From an uncultured Burkholderiaceae bacterium (GTDB taxonomy: Bacteria; Pseudomonadota; Gammaproteobacteria; Burkholderiales; Burkholderiaceae_F): DNA of 40,339 nucleotides. The notes beneath the pieces are model-generated. The model was not told the origin of the DNA, did no database searches, and was given only the letters and a program-made list of their open reading frames with translations. Location: assembly GCA_937936215.1 (NCBI GenBank), contig CALGWX010000308.1:1-40339 (forward strand), read 5' to 3'. The stretch's first letter is position 1. Each line of letters begins with the position of its first letter. Positions 1 through 9,241 of this stretch are shown one piece after another. The position numbers were made by a program, and so were the translations under genes.

Positions 1-171
1 GCGGTGCTGTACACGCTGCTGGAGACGGCCAAGCTCAACGCGCTCGATCCGGAGGCGTACCTGCGCTTCGTGCTGGAGCGCATCGCCGAGCAGCCGGTAA
101 ACCGCCTCGGCGAACTGCTGCCGTGGAACTACGCGCGCGAATTGGCGCGAGACGAGCGGCTCACAGCCTGA
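1..171 (+). CDS. IS66-family transposase, C-terminal fragment (5' end lies outside the window)
   Basis: Frame 1 is open from base 1 to TGA at 169-171. It reads [44 protein letters not shown], the conserved tail of IS66-type transposases. Confidence 0.75.
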   Translation, partial: AVLYTLLETAKLNALDPEAYLRFVLERIAEQPVNRLGELLPWNYARELARDERLTA

Positions 172-212
172 AACCCGGCGCCGCCGTCAAGGTGCGGCGA
201 GCGGACGCTTAC
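1..212 (+). mobile_element. Right end of an IS66-family insertion sequence
   Basis: Transposase 3' end plus GGTGCGGCGAGCGGACGCTTAC at 191-212. Its reverse complement starts GTAAGCG, the usual outer end of IS66-family terminal inverted repeats (recalled from ISfinder descriptions). Confidence 0.55.
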
Positions 213-376
213 CTTCCAACCGCGCTCCAGGCGCCGGCGGTGGCAGCCACCTGCACGGGCGAGCAGCCTGTGGCCGCGGCGGTCTGCGAAAAGTCTCTCG
301 CCAGGAGATTGCAACCGTTCGGCGCCTTCGGCGAGGTACCGGCATCAGGGCGCCGCCCACCGCCGCCGCAAGCCGA

Positions 377-937
377 TCAGTCGACTCTCACTGCCCCGGT
401 GGCCTTGACCGTCACCGAGCTGGACTTCGGGCCCGCAGCGAGCGAGAAGCTCGCCGCGCCATTTGCGGCGCCGAGTCCGTTGAAGCGCACGAACGCGGTC
501 GGGCCCGTGAGCTGCACGGCGCGGTCGATTTCTCCGCGCACGCGGATCGGAGCAGGGGCCGCCGCGCCGTCGACGTCGCAGGCGCCATCGCCGTCCGCGT
601 CGTAGCAGGCGATCGTGCGCCCGCTCCACGAAGTCGCCGCGATCGTCCCTAAGCACGAGCCGCCGTCGTCGCTCGGGCACACGAGTACCGACTTGTTTCG
701 CCTGACGGCCTCTGTACGCGCCTCCACCAACAGCGAGTACAGCGTCTGCGCGCTGCTTCGGGCGCGGTTGGCGTTCATCAGGTCGACCATGCTGGGCGCG
801 GCCAGCCCGAGGAGGATCGCGGAGATCGAGGTGGCGACCATGATCTCCAGGAGCGTCAGGCCGAATTGGGTGCCCGCCGGCGGCGGCGAACTACGCCGTG
901 CGGTATGGATTGAGTGGATGCGATGGCTCATGGGCAT
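377..937 (-). CDS. GspH/FimT-family type IV pseudopilin (orphan copy)
   Basis: 186 aa with ATG at 935-937. Prepilin-type N-terminus ...GTQFG|LTLLEIMVATSISAILLGLAAPS, then a FimT-like body (ARSSAQTLYSLLVEARTEAVRRNKSVLVCPS). The leader is long (about 26 aa), so the start is uncertain. Confidence 0.75.
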   Translation of the reverse strand: MPMSHRIHSIHTARRSSPPPAGTQFGLTLLEIMVATSISAILLGLAAPSMVDLMNANRARSSAQTLYSLLVEARTEAVRRNKSVLVCPSDDGGSCLGTIAATSWSGRTIACYDADGDGACDVDGAAAPAPIRVRGEIDRAVQLTGPTAFVRFNGLGAANGAASFSLAAGPKSSSVTVKATGAVRVD

Positions 938-1355
938 TGCCGCCGGGGTCGCTCTTGCCGAGCTGCGAGCTCATTGTTGGAGCGGCCCTTGGATCGAGGA
1001 ACCTGGGCTGCCCTTGCTGGTGCCGTGCGCCCGATGAGTGGCACCGGAACTGCCGATGTGAGCGCCCATTGACTTGCCCAAGCATCTGAATTCATTAGGA
1101 CTTTTGGTGCTGAACCGCAGGCCACGCCCCTCGGGAAACGCATCCGAGTGGGCATTCGCCGCCTCGCGGCGCCCGCGCCGGACTCAGGCGCCGAAGGCTG
1201 ATGCTCGCCCTGAGAGGCTTAGGCCGAGCCCGGTGTGTGGGCAGCTGACCACGAACGTTCATCAGCCACGGCCAGCGCGGCGGCGGCCCGCAGGTTGCAC
1301 TCGCCGTCGTCCGCCCCTTTCGGCCGCGCCGTCGATAGATGCGGCCCCGTGGTCG

Positions 1356-2825
1356 CTACGGCCGCACGTGCGGCTGCGCCGCCGCGTGCCCGTGCCGCGC
1401 GCGGTGCTCGCGATGGGCGCGGTTGCCGGCGGTCGGCAGCAGCGAGCCCACCACCATGCCGACGCCGGCCAGGATCAGCCCGGCCAGCACGGAGGGGATC
1501 GCCTCGCCCAGCGGCGTGAGCGTCAGCAGGCCCCAGGTGCTCATGCCGAGGACGATCGACCACACGGCGCCCTGCGAGGTCGCTCGCTCCCAGTACAGGC
1601 CGAGCACCAGCGGCCAGAACGCGCCCACTACCGGGAACTGGTAGGCCATCGCCACCAGTTCGTAGATCGGCGTGCCCTCCATGCGGATCGAGTAGGCGAG
1701 CACGCAGGCGGCGAAGACGGCCAGCGTGATGCGCATCGCGCGCAGCTCGGCCTTGTCGGTCATCGGCAAGAAGTTCTTCAGGATGTTCTGCACGAAGGTG
1801 GTGGTCGGCGCCAGCAGCGTGGCCGAGGCGGTGGACATGATCGCGGAGAGCAGCGCGCCGAAGAACAGCACCTTCAGCCACATCGGCATGTGCTCCATCA
1901 CCAGCGTCGGCAGGATCTTCTGCGCGTCTTCCTTAAGCAGCTCGCCGGCGACCTCGGGCATGACCACGAAGGCGGCGACGCCGATGAACATCGGCACCGC
2001 GGCAAACGCGAGGTACGCGGCGCCGCCGAGGATCGGTCCGCGCACCGCGTTCTTCTCGCTGTTGGCGGCCATCACGCGCTGGAAGACGTCCTGCTGCGGG
2101 ATCGAGCCGATCATGATGGTCACCGCCGCCGACAGCCAGAACAGCCACGCGTGCACGCTGGGTTCGGGGAAGAAGTTGAACATTTCCCTCGCCGAGGCGT
2201 GCGCGACCACGTTGCCGACGCCGCCGGCGAGATCCGCCGCGAACCAGGCGATCAGCGACAGGCCGACGATGATGATCAGCATCTGCACGAAGTCGTTCAG
2301 CGCCACCGACCACATGCCACCAAACACGGTGTAGGTGAGCACCACCGCCGTCCCGATGGCCATGCCCTGCACAGTGGAGATCGCCTCGCCAGACAGCAGG
2401 TGGAACACCAGTCCCAGCGCGGTGATCTGCGCCGCCACCCAGCCCAGGTAGGAGATCGCGATCACCACGGCGCTGAAGATCTCCACGCCACGGCCGTAGC
2501 GCTGGCGGTAGAAGTCGCCGATGGTCAGCAGCTTCAGCCGGTACAGCCTGGCGGCGAAGAACATGCCGACGAAGATCAGGCAGAAGGCGGCACCGAAGGG
2601 GTCCTCGACCGTCTTCTCCAGCCCGCCCTCGATGAACTTGGCCGGCACGCCGAGCACCGTTTCCGAGCCGAACCAGGTGGCGAAGGTGGTCGTCACCACC
2701 ATGACGAGCGGCAGCGAACGGCCGGCCACCGCGTAGTCGGCGGTGTTCTTCACCCGCGTGGCCGCGTACAGCCCGATGACGACCGACACCAGCAGGTAAA
2801 GCACGACGAAGGCAATCAGGGTCAT
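1356..2825 (-). CDS. Sodium:solute symporter (SSF) family transporter
   Basis: 489 aa, multi-pass hydrophobic protein with ATG at 2823-2825 and TAG at 1356-1358. The N-terminal YAVAGRSLP...TWFGSETVLGVP segment is typical of SSF transporters. Confidence 0.85.
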   Translation of the reverse strand: MTLIAFVVLYLLVSVVIGLYAATRVKNTADYAVAGRSLPLVMVVTTTFATWFGSETVLGVPAKFIEGGLEKTVEDPFGAAFCLIFVGMFFAARLYRLKLLTIGDFYRQRYGRGVEIFSAVVIAISYLGWVAAQITALGLVFHLLSGEAISTVQGMAIGTAVVLTYTVFGGMWSVALNDFVQMLIIIVGLSLIAWFAADLAGGVGNVVAHASAREMFNFFPEPSVHAWLFWLSAAVTIMIGSIPQQDVFQRVMAANSEKNAVRGPILGGAAYLAFAAVPMFIGVAAFVVMPEVAGELLKEDAQKILPTLVMEHMPMWLKVLFFGALLSAIMSTASATLLAPTTTFVQNILKNFLPMTDKAELRAMRITLAVFAACVLAYSIRMEGTPIYELVAMAYQFPVVGAFWPLVLGLYWERATSQGAVWSIVLGMSTWGLLTLTPLGEAIPSVLAGLILAGVGMVVGSLLPTAGNRAHREHRARHGHAAAQPHVRP

Positions 2826-3070
2826 GGCGGCTCAGGCAGCGGTGGGCTGGACGATCAGGCTTTAGCCGAGGGCGACATCGGGGGCAGGGGGTGATGCCGC
2901 CATGCCGGGCGGACGCGCGCGACGATAAGGCTTCGCCCGCCCATGCGACAGGCCAGCGGGCGGCGGGCGTGACGCGCTCGCGACGCTGCGCGGCAGTCCC
3001 CGCAGGCGGACGGCACGGCCCTGTGGTTCGCTGCCCAAGCGCGGGCCGCCCCCGCCGCGGCGCCCCACCC

Positions 3071-3694
3071 TCAGCCGCGCCGCCGCCACTGCTGCCAGCG
3101 CTCGCGGCCGGCAAACACCGGCGCCGACTCCGCCGCGGGCACCGGCTCATCCACGGCGAGCTCGAAGTCGGCCGCCAGCAGCCCGCGCAGTTCGGCCCCA
3201 GTGATGGCAAACGGCGGGCCCCGGCGCGGCTCGGCCGCGGCGTCATCGACGTAGAATAGGCCCGCGAGTTCGCCGCCGGGCTTCAGCAGTCGCGCACAAC
3301 GCATCGCCCAGGCGGGCCACAGCCGCGGCGGCAGCGCGGCGAGGAAGGCACGCTCGACGATGACGTCGAACGGCTCGGCGTCGAAGGCGAAGAAGTCCGC
3401 CCGCTGCACGCGAGAAGCGTGCGCCGGCCCGAGCGCGGCGCGGGCGCGGTCCACCGCCGCCTGCGCGTAGTCGATCGCCAGCGCCTCTACGCCGCGCGCC
3501 GCCAGCAAGGCCACTTCCTGCGCCGAGCCGCAACCGGGCACCAGCACCCGCGCGCCAGAGGGCAGGCCGCCGGCATCCAGCCAGCGCACGAGGGCCCGCG
3601 GCGCCTCGCGCGCCTCCCACGGCGTGAAGCCGGCGGCGAAGCGCTCGTCCCAGAAGTCGGGCTGCGACGGGTCGCGGCTGCGGAACTCAGCCAT
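3071..3694 (-). CDS. SAM-dependent methyltransferase, thiopurine S-methyltransferase-like
   Basis: 207 aa. FWDERFAAGFTPWE followed by the SAM motif I VLVPGCGSAQEV, a TPMT-family pattern. Confidence 0.7.
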   Translation of the reverse strand: MAEFRSRDPSQPDFWDERFAAGFTPWEAREAPRALVRWLDAGGLPSGARVLVPGCGSAQEVALLAARGVEALAIDYAQAAVDRARAALGPAHASRVQRADFFAFDAEPFDVIVERAFLAALPPRLWPAWAMRCARLLKPGGELAGLFYVDDAAAEPRRGPPFAITGAELRGLLAADFELAVDEPVPAAESAPVFAGRERWQQWRRRG

Positions 3695-3813
3695 TCGGTC
3701 CAGCCGTCTTCGGCGGTGCCGCGCGGCCGGCTGCCCGTCGCGGCGACGTCGGCGCTTCCGCCTGGCCTCGGTCGCACGCGCAACCGCGTCTCATGGCCGA
3801 CCCGGCGCCTCCC

Positions 3814-5385
3814 TCACCGCCCTGGCAGCGGCATGCCCAGGAACGCCCATGCCGCCATGATCGCCAGCGCCGCCAGCGAGGTGATGCCGATCAGCAGCAG
3901 GCGGTTGCGCCGCTCCGTCTCCTGCCGAAGCCGGCGCAGTTCGACGAGCATGCGGTCCTGCCGCGAGGTGTCCGCCAGCGCCTGGTGCACCAACCGCGGC
4001 AACTGCGGCAGGATGTGCGTCCACTGCGCCGCCTCGACCTTCAGCCGCTCCTCCAGCCGCTTGAAGCCGAGCTGGTCCTGCATCCAGCGCTCGAGGAACG
4101 GCTTGGCGGTCTTCCACAGGTCGAGGTCGGGGTCGAGCTGGCGGCCCAGCCCCTCGATGTTCAGCAGCGTCTTCTGCAGCAGCACCAGCTGCGGCTGGAT
4201 CTCGACGTTGAAGCGGCGGCTGGCCTCGAACAGCCGCAGCAGCACCTGGCCGAACGAGATCTCCTTCAGCGGCCGGTCGAAGATCGGCTCGCACACGGCG
4301 CGGATCGCCGACTCCAGTTCGTCCACGCGCGTGTTGGGCGGCACCCAGCCGCTTTCGACGTGCAGTTCGGCCACCCGCTTGTAGTCGCGGCGGAAGAAGG
4401 CGAGGAAGTTTTGCGCCAGGTAGTTCTTGTCGTTGTCCGACAGCGTGCCGACGATGCCGAAGTCCAGCGCGATCCAGCTGCCGAAGTACTCGCCGCGGTC
4501 GCAGACGTAGATGTTCCCCGGGTGCATGTCGGCGTGGAAAAAGCCGTCGCGCAGCGCCTGCGTGAAGAAGATCTCCACCGCCGAGGCGGACAGCCGCTGG
4601 ATGTCGATGCCCGCCTCGCGCAGCCGCTGCACCTGGCTCACCGGGATGCCGTGCATGCGCTCCATCACGATGACGTTCTCGCCGCAGTAGTCCCAGTACA
4701 TCTCCGGGATCCGCAGCAGCCGCGAGCCCTCGAAGTTACGCCGCAGCTGCGAGGCGTTGGCCGCCTCGCGCATCAGGTCGAGTTCGTCGTGCAGGTACTT
4801 GTCGAACTCGGCCACCACCTCGCGCGGCCGCAGCCGCTTGCCGTCGCGCCACAGCTTCTCCACCAGCAGGGCGGCGGTCTCCAGCAGGCCGAGGTCCTTG
4901 TCGATCGCCGCGCGCATCCCGGGCCGCAGCACCTTGACCGCCACCTCGCGCCCGGCCAGCTTGCCGTCCTTCAGCACCGCGAAGTGCACCTGCGCGATCG
5001 AGGCGCTGGCCACCGGCTCGCGCTCGAAGCGGGCGAAGACGTCGTCGAGCGTGCGGCCCAGCCCGCGCTCGATCTCGCGCACGGCGACGGCGGAATCGAA
5101 CGGCGGCACGCGGTCCTGCAGCCGCGCCAGCTCGTCGGCCACGTCCGCGGGCAGCAGGTCGCGCCGCGTGGACAGCACCTGGCCAAACTTGACGAAAATG
5201 GGCCCCAGGTCTTCCAGCGCCCGCCGCAGCCGCACGCCGCGCGGCTCCTGCAGATGGCGGCCGAAGGTCACCACCCGCACCAGCCGCTGCAGCGCCGGGC
5301 TCTTCAGGCTCGAAAGGACGATCTCGTCCAGCCCGAAGCGGAAGACGGTCAGGACGATGCGAACGAGCCGGAAGAGGCGCGTCAC
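3814..5385 (-). CDS. ubiB: Ubiquinone biosynthesis regulatory kinase-like protein UbiB
   Basis: The UbiB/ABC1 sequence starts at [26 protein letters not shown] at 5383-5385 overlaps the ubiJ stop (GTGA, 5382-5385). Motifs [20 protein letters not shown] and [10 protein letters not shown] are present, with C-terminal TM helices. The 174 upstream codons of the track ORF are Arg/Ala-rich shadow sequence. Confidence 0.93.
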   Translation of the reverse strand: MTRLFRLVRIVLTVFRFGLDEIVLSSLKSPALQRLVRVVTFGRHLQEPRGVRLRRALEDLGPIFVKFGQVLSTRRDLLPADVADELARLQDRVPPFDSAVAVREIERGLGRTLDDVFARFEREPVASASIAQVHFAVLKDGKLAGREVAVKVLRPGMRAAIDKDLGLLETAALLVEKLWRDGKRLRPREVVAEFDKYLHDELDLMREAANASQLRRNFEGSRLLRIPEMYWDYCGENVIVMERMHGIPVSQVQRLREAGIDIQRLSASAVEIFFTQALRDGFFHADMHPGNIYVCDRGEYFGSWIALDFGIVGTLSDNDKNYLAQNFLAFFRRDYKRVAELHVESGWVPPNTRVDELESAIRAVCEPIFDRPLKEISFGQVLLRLFEASRRFNVEIQPQLVLLQKTLLNIEGLGRQLDPDLDLWKTAKPFLERWMQDQLGFKRLEERLKVEAAQWTHILPQLPRLVHQALADTSRQDRMLVELRRLRQETERRNRLLLIGITSLAALAIMAAWAFLGMPLPGR

Positions 5386-6038
5386 GGCGCTCGCTTCTGC
5401 CCCGCCAGCAACTCGATGCGCTTGCCCAGCCGCTCGACGTCGTCGCGCAGCCGCGCCACCTCGGCGGCGAAGGCGACCATCTCCTGCCGCGACACCAGCA
5501 TCGGGTTCTCGGCGACGAGATAGTCCGCCGTTTGCGCCGCCAGCCTGCCGCCGGCCTCGCGCGCGGCGGCCAGCGCTGCTCGTAACAGGCCAACGATGCG
5601 CACCGCCGCCGCGTCGCCGACGAAGCGCGACAGCTCTTCCTCCGGCTCCGGCCGCAGCTTCTGCAGCACGTTCGACAGCGCCTGCGCGAACTCCGCATCG
5701 CCTTCGAGCCGCACGTTGCGCAGCGCCGCCTTGGGCTCGAGCAGCACGCGCGGCAGCGCCGCCGGATCGACGCTGAGCGTCACCGTCGGCGCGCCGGCAT
5801 CGGCGGCAAAACTGCCGCCATCGACGATGCCGAGCTGAACCTGGAACGGCGCTGCCTGCAGCCGCGCGCTGCGGCCGGCAAACGGCGCCAGCGCGGCCCG
5901 CGCCCATGGCTCGCGTGAAAGCAGGTGATTGAGCGCCGCCGCGGCAGCGCTGGAAGCGATCTGGTCGAGCACGTCGTCAGCCTGCGATGTCTTGCCGTCC
6001 GCCGAACTGCGTTGCCACTGGCCGCGGCGCGTAGCCAC
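5382..6038 (-). CDS. ubiJ: Ubiquinone biosynthesis accessory factor UbiJ (SCP2 domain)
   Basis: Reads ...[28 protein letters not shown]..., with a C-terminal coiled segment ([18 protein letters not shown]). It sits immediately upstream of, and overlaps, ubiB. The start is GTG at 6038 or GTG at about 5972, so it is uncertain. Confidence 0.8.
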   Translation of the reverse strand: MATRRGQWQRSSADGKTSQADDVLDQIASSAAAAALNHLLSREPWARAALAPFAGRSARLQAAPFQVQLGIVDGGSFAADAGAPTVTLSVDPAALPRVLLEPKAALRNVRLEGDAEFAQALSNVLQKLRPEPEEELSRFVGDAAAVRIVGLLRAALAAAREAGGRLAAQTADYLVAENPMLVSRQEMVAFAAEVARLRDDVERLGKRIELLAGQKRAP

Positions 6039-6179
6039 CTAAGCGCCGTGACGCCGCTGCCTGCTGCTTCACCTCCGCCACCGCGCACCCGACCCAGGCA
6101 ACGGGCCGCAGCCACGAAACACCGGCGCCAGCGTTGCAGCGAGATTTCGTGCACCCCCGTCGGCGCGATTGGACGCACC

Positions 6180-6208
6180 AAAAAACCGGGGCGCCCAAGA
6201 GCGCCCCG
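6180..6208 (-). terminator. Rho-independent terminator between the Tim44-like gene and ubiJ
   Basis: On the minus strand: CGGGGCGC-TCTTGG-GCGCCCCG followed by GTTTTTTGG. This is an 8-bp GC stem, a 6-nt loop and a T6 run. Confidence 0.75.
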
Positions 6209-6366
6209 ATTGTGGCAGAACGGCCCCGCGCAGGCCGCGGGTTTTCAGCGCTGGCGAGGCGATCGCTGCAAACGCTCCTAGCCTTCGCCTGCCAAGCGAC
6301 CCCTGCCGCGCCGCACCGCGAGCATCGCCGGCGCAGACAACCGCAGCCGACTTCTCGTTCCGCGAC

Positions 6367-6475
6367 CGCTCAGTTAGCAGCGAGATGCCAGCAAGCAGCC
6401 AACCGTTGCTGCCGACTACCGCGCTCAGTTCAGCTGCTGGATACCGGCGAGCAACCAGCCGCTGCTGCCGTCGAC
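6367..6475 (-). repeat. Tandem diverged duplication of the 3' end of the Tim44-like gene (copy A 6367-6419 non-coding, copy B 6422-6475 the real 3' end)
   Basis: Copy B encodes ..DGSSGWLLAGIQQLN*. Copy A, 55 nt downstream, would encode ..VGSNGWLLAGISLL.. and retains AACTGAGCG. Aligned by eye. Confidence 0.6.
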
Positions 6476-7396
6476 CGGCTTGGTGAGGTTCCACACCTCG
6501 TCGAACTGCTCCAGTTCGCCGTCGACGCGCATCGTGCCGGTGAAGCGCACGCTGGCCAAGTGCTCTTGCGCGTCGTGCTCGATGCCCAGCAGCTTGGCAT
6601 CGAGTGTGACCACCTCGCTCGACTCCACCTTGCCGCGGCGGCGCAGCTCGTGTGTGAGCGCGGTGAACATCTCCTGCGTCGTGAACTCGGCCAGCTCGTC
6701 GAGGTTGTTGGCGGTCCACGCCTGCTGCAGGCGGTTGAAGTAGGTGCGCGCGTGCTTGAGAAAGCCCTCGGTGTCGAAGTCCGCCGGGATGCCCCACGGC
6801 TCATCGACGCTGCGGCGGCCACCGAGCAGTTCGTCCATCGCCGAGCCCGGCCGCGCGCCGACCACCGGCGCCGGCGCGGCCGAGCGCGCCGTCACGGTCT
6901 CGTCACGCTCGCGCGGCATCGGGTTGAACGACGGGCCACCCGCGCCCTGCCAGGTGGGCGGCGGCTGCGCGCCGGCGTAGGCCGGCTGCGCGGGCCGCGC
7001 GCGGCGCATCAGGAAGCCGATCGCCACCACGGCCAGCAGGCCGAGCAGCATCACCATCAGGAGCATCGCGAACGCCTCGCCGAAGCCGAGCCAAGAGGCG
7101 AGCGCCGCCAGGCCCAGCCCCGCGGCCAGGCCCATCAGCGCGCCGCGCCAGGGGCTAGTGGCACGCGTGGCGGCCGCGGCGCCGGCGTTGGCCGCCGCGG
7201 GCTGCGCGGCCGAAGGCTGCTGCGGGGCGGCCTGCGGCGCCTGCGGCTTCTGCGGCGGAACGGCCTGCCGCTGCTGCATCGTCTGCGACGGCTTGCCGAA
7301 GCTCATGCCGCCACCAAGACGGCGCTGCGCTTCGGCCTCGAAGGAGAGGGTGGCGGCGAAGGTGCCAATCACCAGCCCGACGATCCACTTGTTCAT
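6425..7396 (-). CDS. Tim44-like domain membrane protein
   Basis: 323 aa from ATG at 7394-7396. Signal/TM MNKWIVGLVIGTFAATLSF, a Q/P/A-rich linker, a TM pair (LMGLAAGLGLAALASWLGFGEAFAMLLMVMLLGLLAVVAIGFL) and a C-terminal Tim44-like fold (FLKHARTYFNRLQQAWTANNLDELAEFTTQEMF...WLLAGIQQ). Confidence 0.8.
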   Translation of the reverse strand: MNKWIVGLVIGTFAATLSFEAEAQRRLGGGMSFGKPSQTMQQRQAVPPQKPQAPQAAPQQPSAAQPAAANAGAAAATRATSPWRGALMGLAAGLGLAALASWLGFGEAFAMLLMVMLLGLLAVVAIGFLMRRARPAQPAYAGAQPPPTWQGAGGPSFNPMPRERDETVTARSAAPAPVVGARPGSAMDELLGGRRSVDEPWGIPADFDTEGFLKHARTYFNRLQQAWTANNLDELAEFTTQEMFTALTHELRRRGKVESSEVVTLDAKLLGIEHDAQEHLASVRFTGTMRVDGELEQFDEVWNLTKPVDGSSGWLLAGIQQLN

Positions 7397-7470
7397 CGCG
7401 ATCTCCAAAAACTCGTCACCTTCGGTGCCGCAGCCGCGCACGCGGGCGGCGTGGCGCAAAGCGGCAGTGA

Positions 7471-8223
7471 CTAGAACTTCCGCCCGACATGCAGGGCGCA
7501 CACCCCCGCCGTCAGATTGAACCATTGGACTTGCTCGAGCCCCGCCTGTTCCATCATGCGGGCGAGTTCGTCCTGCGGCGGATGCATGCGGATCGACTCG
7601 GCAAGGTAGCGATAACTGTCGCTGTCGCCCGCCACCTTGCTCCCCAACCATGGCAGCACGGAAAACGAATAAGCATCGTAAAGTGGCGCCAGCGGCGCCC
7701 ACACCCGGGAAAACTCCAACACGAGGACTTTCCCTCCCGGGCGGATCACGCGCCGCATCTCGGCCAGTGCGACCTCCTTGTGCGTCATGTTGCGCAGGCC
7801 GAAGGCGACCGACACCACGTCGAAGCTGTCGTCGGCGAAGGGCAGGCGCTCGGCGTCGCACTGCACGAGCGGCAGCATCACGCCCTTGTCGAGCAGCTTG
7901 TCGCGGCCGGCGCGCAGCATCGACTCGTTGATGTCGCTGAGCACCACCAGGCCGGCGTCGCCGGCGCGCTCGGCGAACGCGCGCGCGAGGTCGCCGGTGC
8001 CGCCAGCGATGTCGAGCACCCGCATCCCCGGCCGCACGTCGGCCTGCCGCACCGTGAACGCCTTCCACCAGCGGTGCAGGCCAGCGGACATCAGGTCGTT
8101 CATCAGGTCGTACTTGGTCGCCACCGAATCGAACACGCCGGCGACCTTGCGCGCCTTCTCGAGCTCGTCGACGGTCTCGAAACCGAAATGGGTGGCGCCG
8201 GCGGCTGGCTTCTCTTCGCTCAT
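7471..8223 (-). CDS. ubiE: Demethylmenaquinone/ubiquinone C-methyltransferase UbiE
   Basis: 250 aa from ATG at 8221-8223. [44 protein letters not shown] and [12 protein letters not shown] are close to canonical UbiE. Confidence 0.95.
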   Translation of the reverse strand: MSEEKPAAGATHFGFETVDELEKARKVAGVFDSVATKYDLMNDLMSAGLHRWWKAFTVRQADVRPGMRVLDIAGGTGDLARAFAERAGDAGLVVLSDINESMLRAGRDKLLDKGVMLPLVQCDAERLPFADDSFDVVSVAFGLRNMTHKEVALAEMRRVIRPGGKVLVLEFSRVWAPLAPLYDAYSFSVLPWLGSKVAGDSDSYRYLAESIRMHPPQDELARMMEQAGLEQVQWFNLTAGVCALHVGRKF

Positions 8224-8245
8224 CGGCAGCGCGGGGAAGGGGAAA

Positions 8246-8665
8246 TCAGGGCTTGCCACAGGCGCGGCCGGCGGCAGGCATGGAGGTAGGACTCGCCGCG
8301 GGGTCGCGGCTGGCGCCGGCGGCCTCCAGCTGCTCCAGGTACTCGGCCCACAGCCGCTCTTGGTCGACGCCGAGTTCGTACAGGTAGCGCCAGGAGTAGA
8401 TGCCGGAATCGTGGCCGTCGGAAAACGTCGGCCGCACGGCGTAGTGGCCGACCGGCTCCAGCTCGAGAATCGTGACGTCGCGCTTGCCGACCTGCAGCGT
8501 CTCCTGCCCCGGCCCGTGGCCGCGCACCTCCGCTGACGGCGAATACACGCGCAGGAACTCGAACGGCAGCTTGAATACGCGGCCGTCGTCGAACGCGACT
8601 TCAAGCACGCGCGAGGCGGCGTGCAACGTGATCTCGGTGGGTGAAGGGTCTTGAGACATCGTCAT
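8246..8665 (-). CDS. DUF971 (gamma-butyrobetaine hydroxylase N-terminal-like) protein
   Basis: About 139 aa. [64 protein letters not shown] is the DUF971 signature. It lies 22 nt upstream of ubiE. Confidence 0.8.
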   Translation of the reverse strand: MTMSQDPSPTEITLHAASRVLEVAFDDGRVFKLPFEFLRVYSPSAEVRGHGPGQETLQVGKRDVTILELEPVGHYAVRPTFSDGHDSGIYSWRYLYELGVDQERLWAEYLEQLEAAGASRDPAASPTSMPAAGRACGKP

Positions 8666-8736
8666 GGCCGCAAGCATAGCGGGCGGGCCGCGGGGCAAGA
8701 CCCGGCCCGCACTGCGGCTGAGTCAAGGCTGATCGG

Positions 8737-9222
8737 TCAGCGTTGCCAGCAGGTGGCGAGGTTGCCGGCGGTGGAACTGCGCGCGCCAGTTTGCGTAAGC
8801 GAAAGTACGCCGCAGGCCGGATCGTTGAAGGTGACGTCTGCCCCCGCCGGGCAGTTTCCCGCGGTTGCGCATGGCGTGGCCGTCAGCGTGAAGGCCTGGC
8901 CGCTGTTGGTCAGGGACCACGTCACGGAGTAGCTCATGCGCCCTTCCGAGGGTGCGCGCAGCAAAGGCGCGGGCGGCACGATGTCCGACCCCGTCCTGCC
9001 GATGCAATCCGGGGTCGTCGCCTTGTCATAGCACCCGTGCGCGGTGTAGTTGCGCTCGAGCCATTGCGCCCCCTCCATGAGGACCTGCCTCGCCGCGGCA
9101 CGCTTGCTGCGTATGACGTACTCCTGATAGCTTGGAACAGCGATCATCGCGATGATCGCCGCCACAGCGACGACGATCATCACTTCGACCAGCGTGAACC
9201 CTCGCTGCGCCACGACCTTCAC
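8737..9222 (-). CDS. pilE: Type IV pilin-like protein PilE
   Basis: 161 aa. Starts at GTG 9220-9222 (or GTG at 9213). VKVVAQRG|FTLVEVMIVVAVAAIIAMIAVPSYQEYVIRSKRAAA is a class III signal peptide followed by the pilin helix. Last gene after pilY1. Confidence 0.85.
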   Translation of the reverse strand: MKVVAQRGFTLVEVMIVVAVAAIIAMIAVPSYQEYVIRSKRAAARQVLMEGAQWLERNYTAHGCYDKATTPDCIGRTGSDIVPPAPLLRAPSEGRMSYSVTWSLTNSGQAFTLTATPCATAGNCPAGADVTFNDPACGVLSLTQTGARSSTAGNLATCWQR

Positions 9223-9241
9223 GGAGCCCTCGCCTGCCGCC

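Noticed and set aside
1074-2894. A 606-aa plus-strand ORF antisense to the symporter gene. Similar long ORFs occur at 3793-5523, 4757-5776, 9152-10984, 27166-28203, 29600-30769, 31020-32486 and elsewhere.
   Set aside because: These are Arg/Ala/Gly/Pro/His-rich shadow frames opposite or overlapping well-recognised genes. This is the expected stop-codon depletion of very high-GC DNA, and none shows a recognisable motif.
5386-5907. Long N-terminal extensions in the ORF track for ubiB, and likewise for hemE (24717-25259), the Tim44-like gene/ubiE frame (7397-8068, 8224-8604), atpB (33452-33829) and parA (35956-36075).
   Set aside because: Conserved family sequence begins at internal ATG/GTG codons, several of which overlap the upstream stop. 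The extensions are low-complexity Arg-rich sequence that overlaps neighbouring genes.
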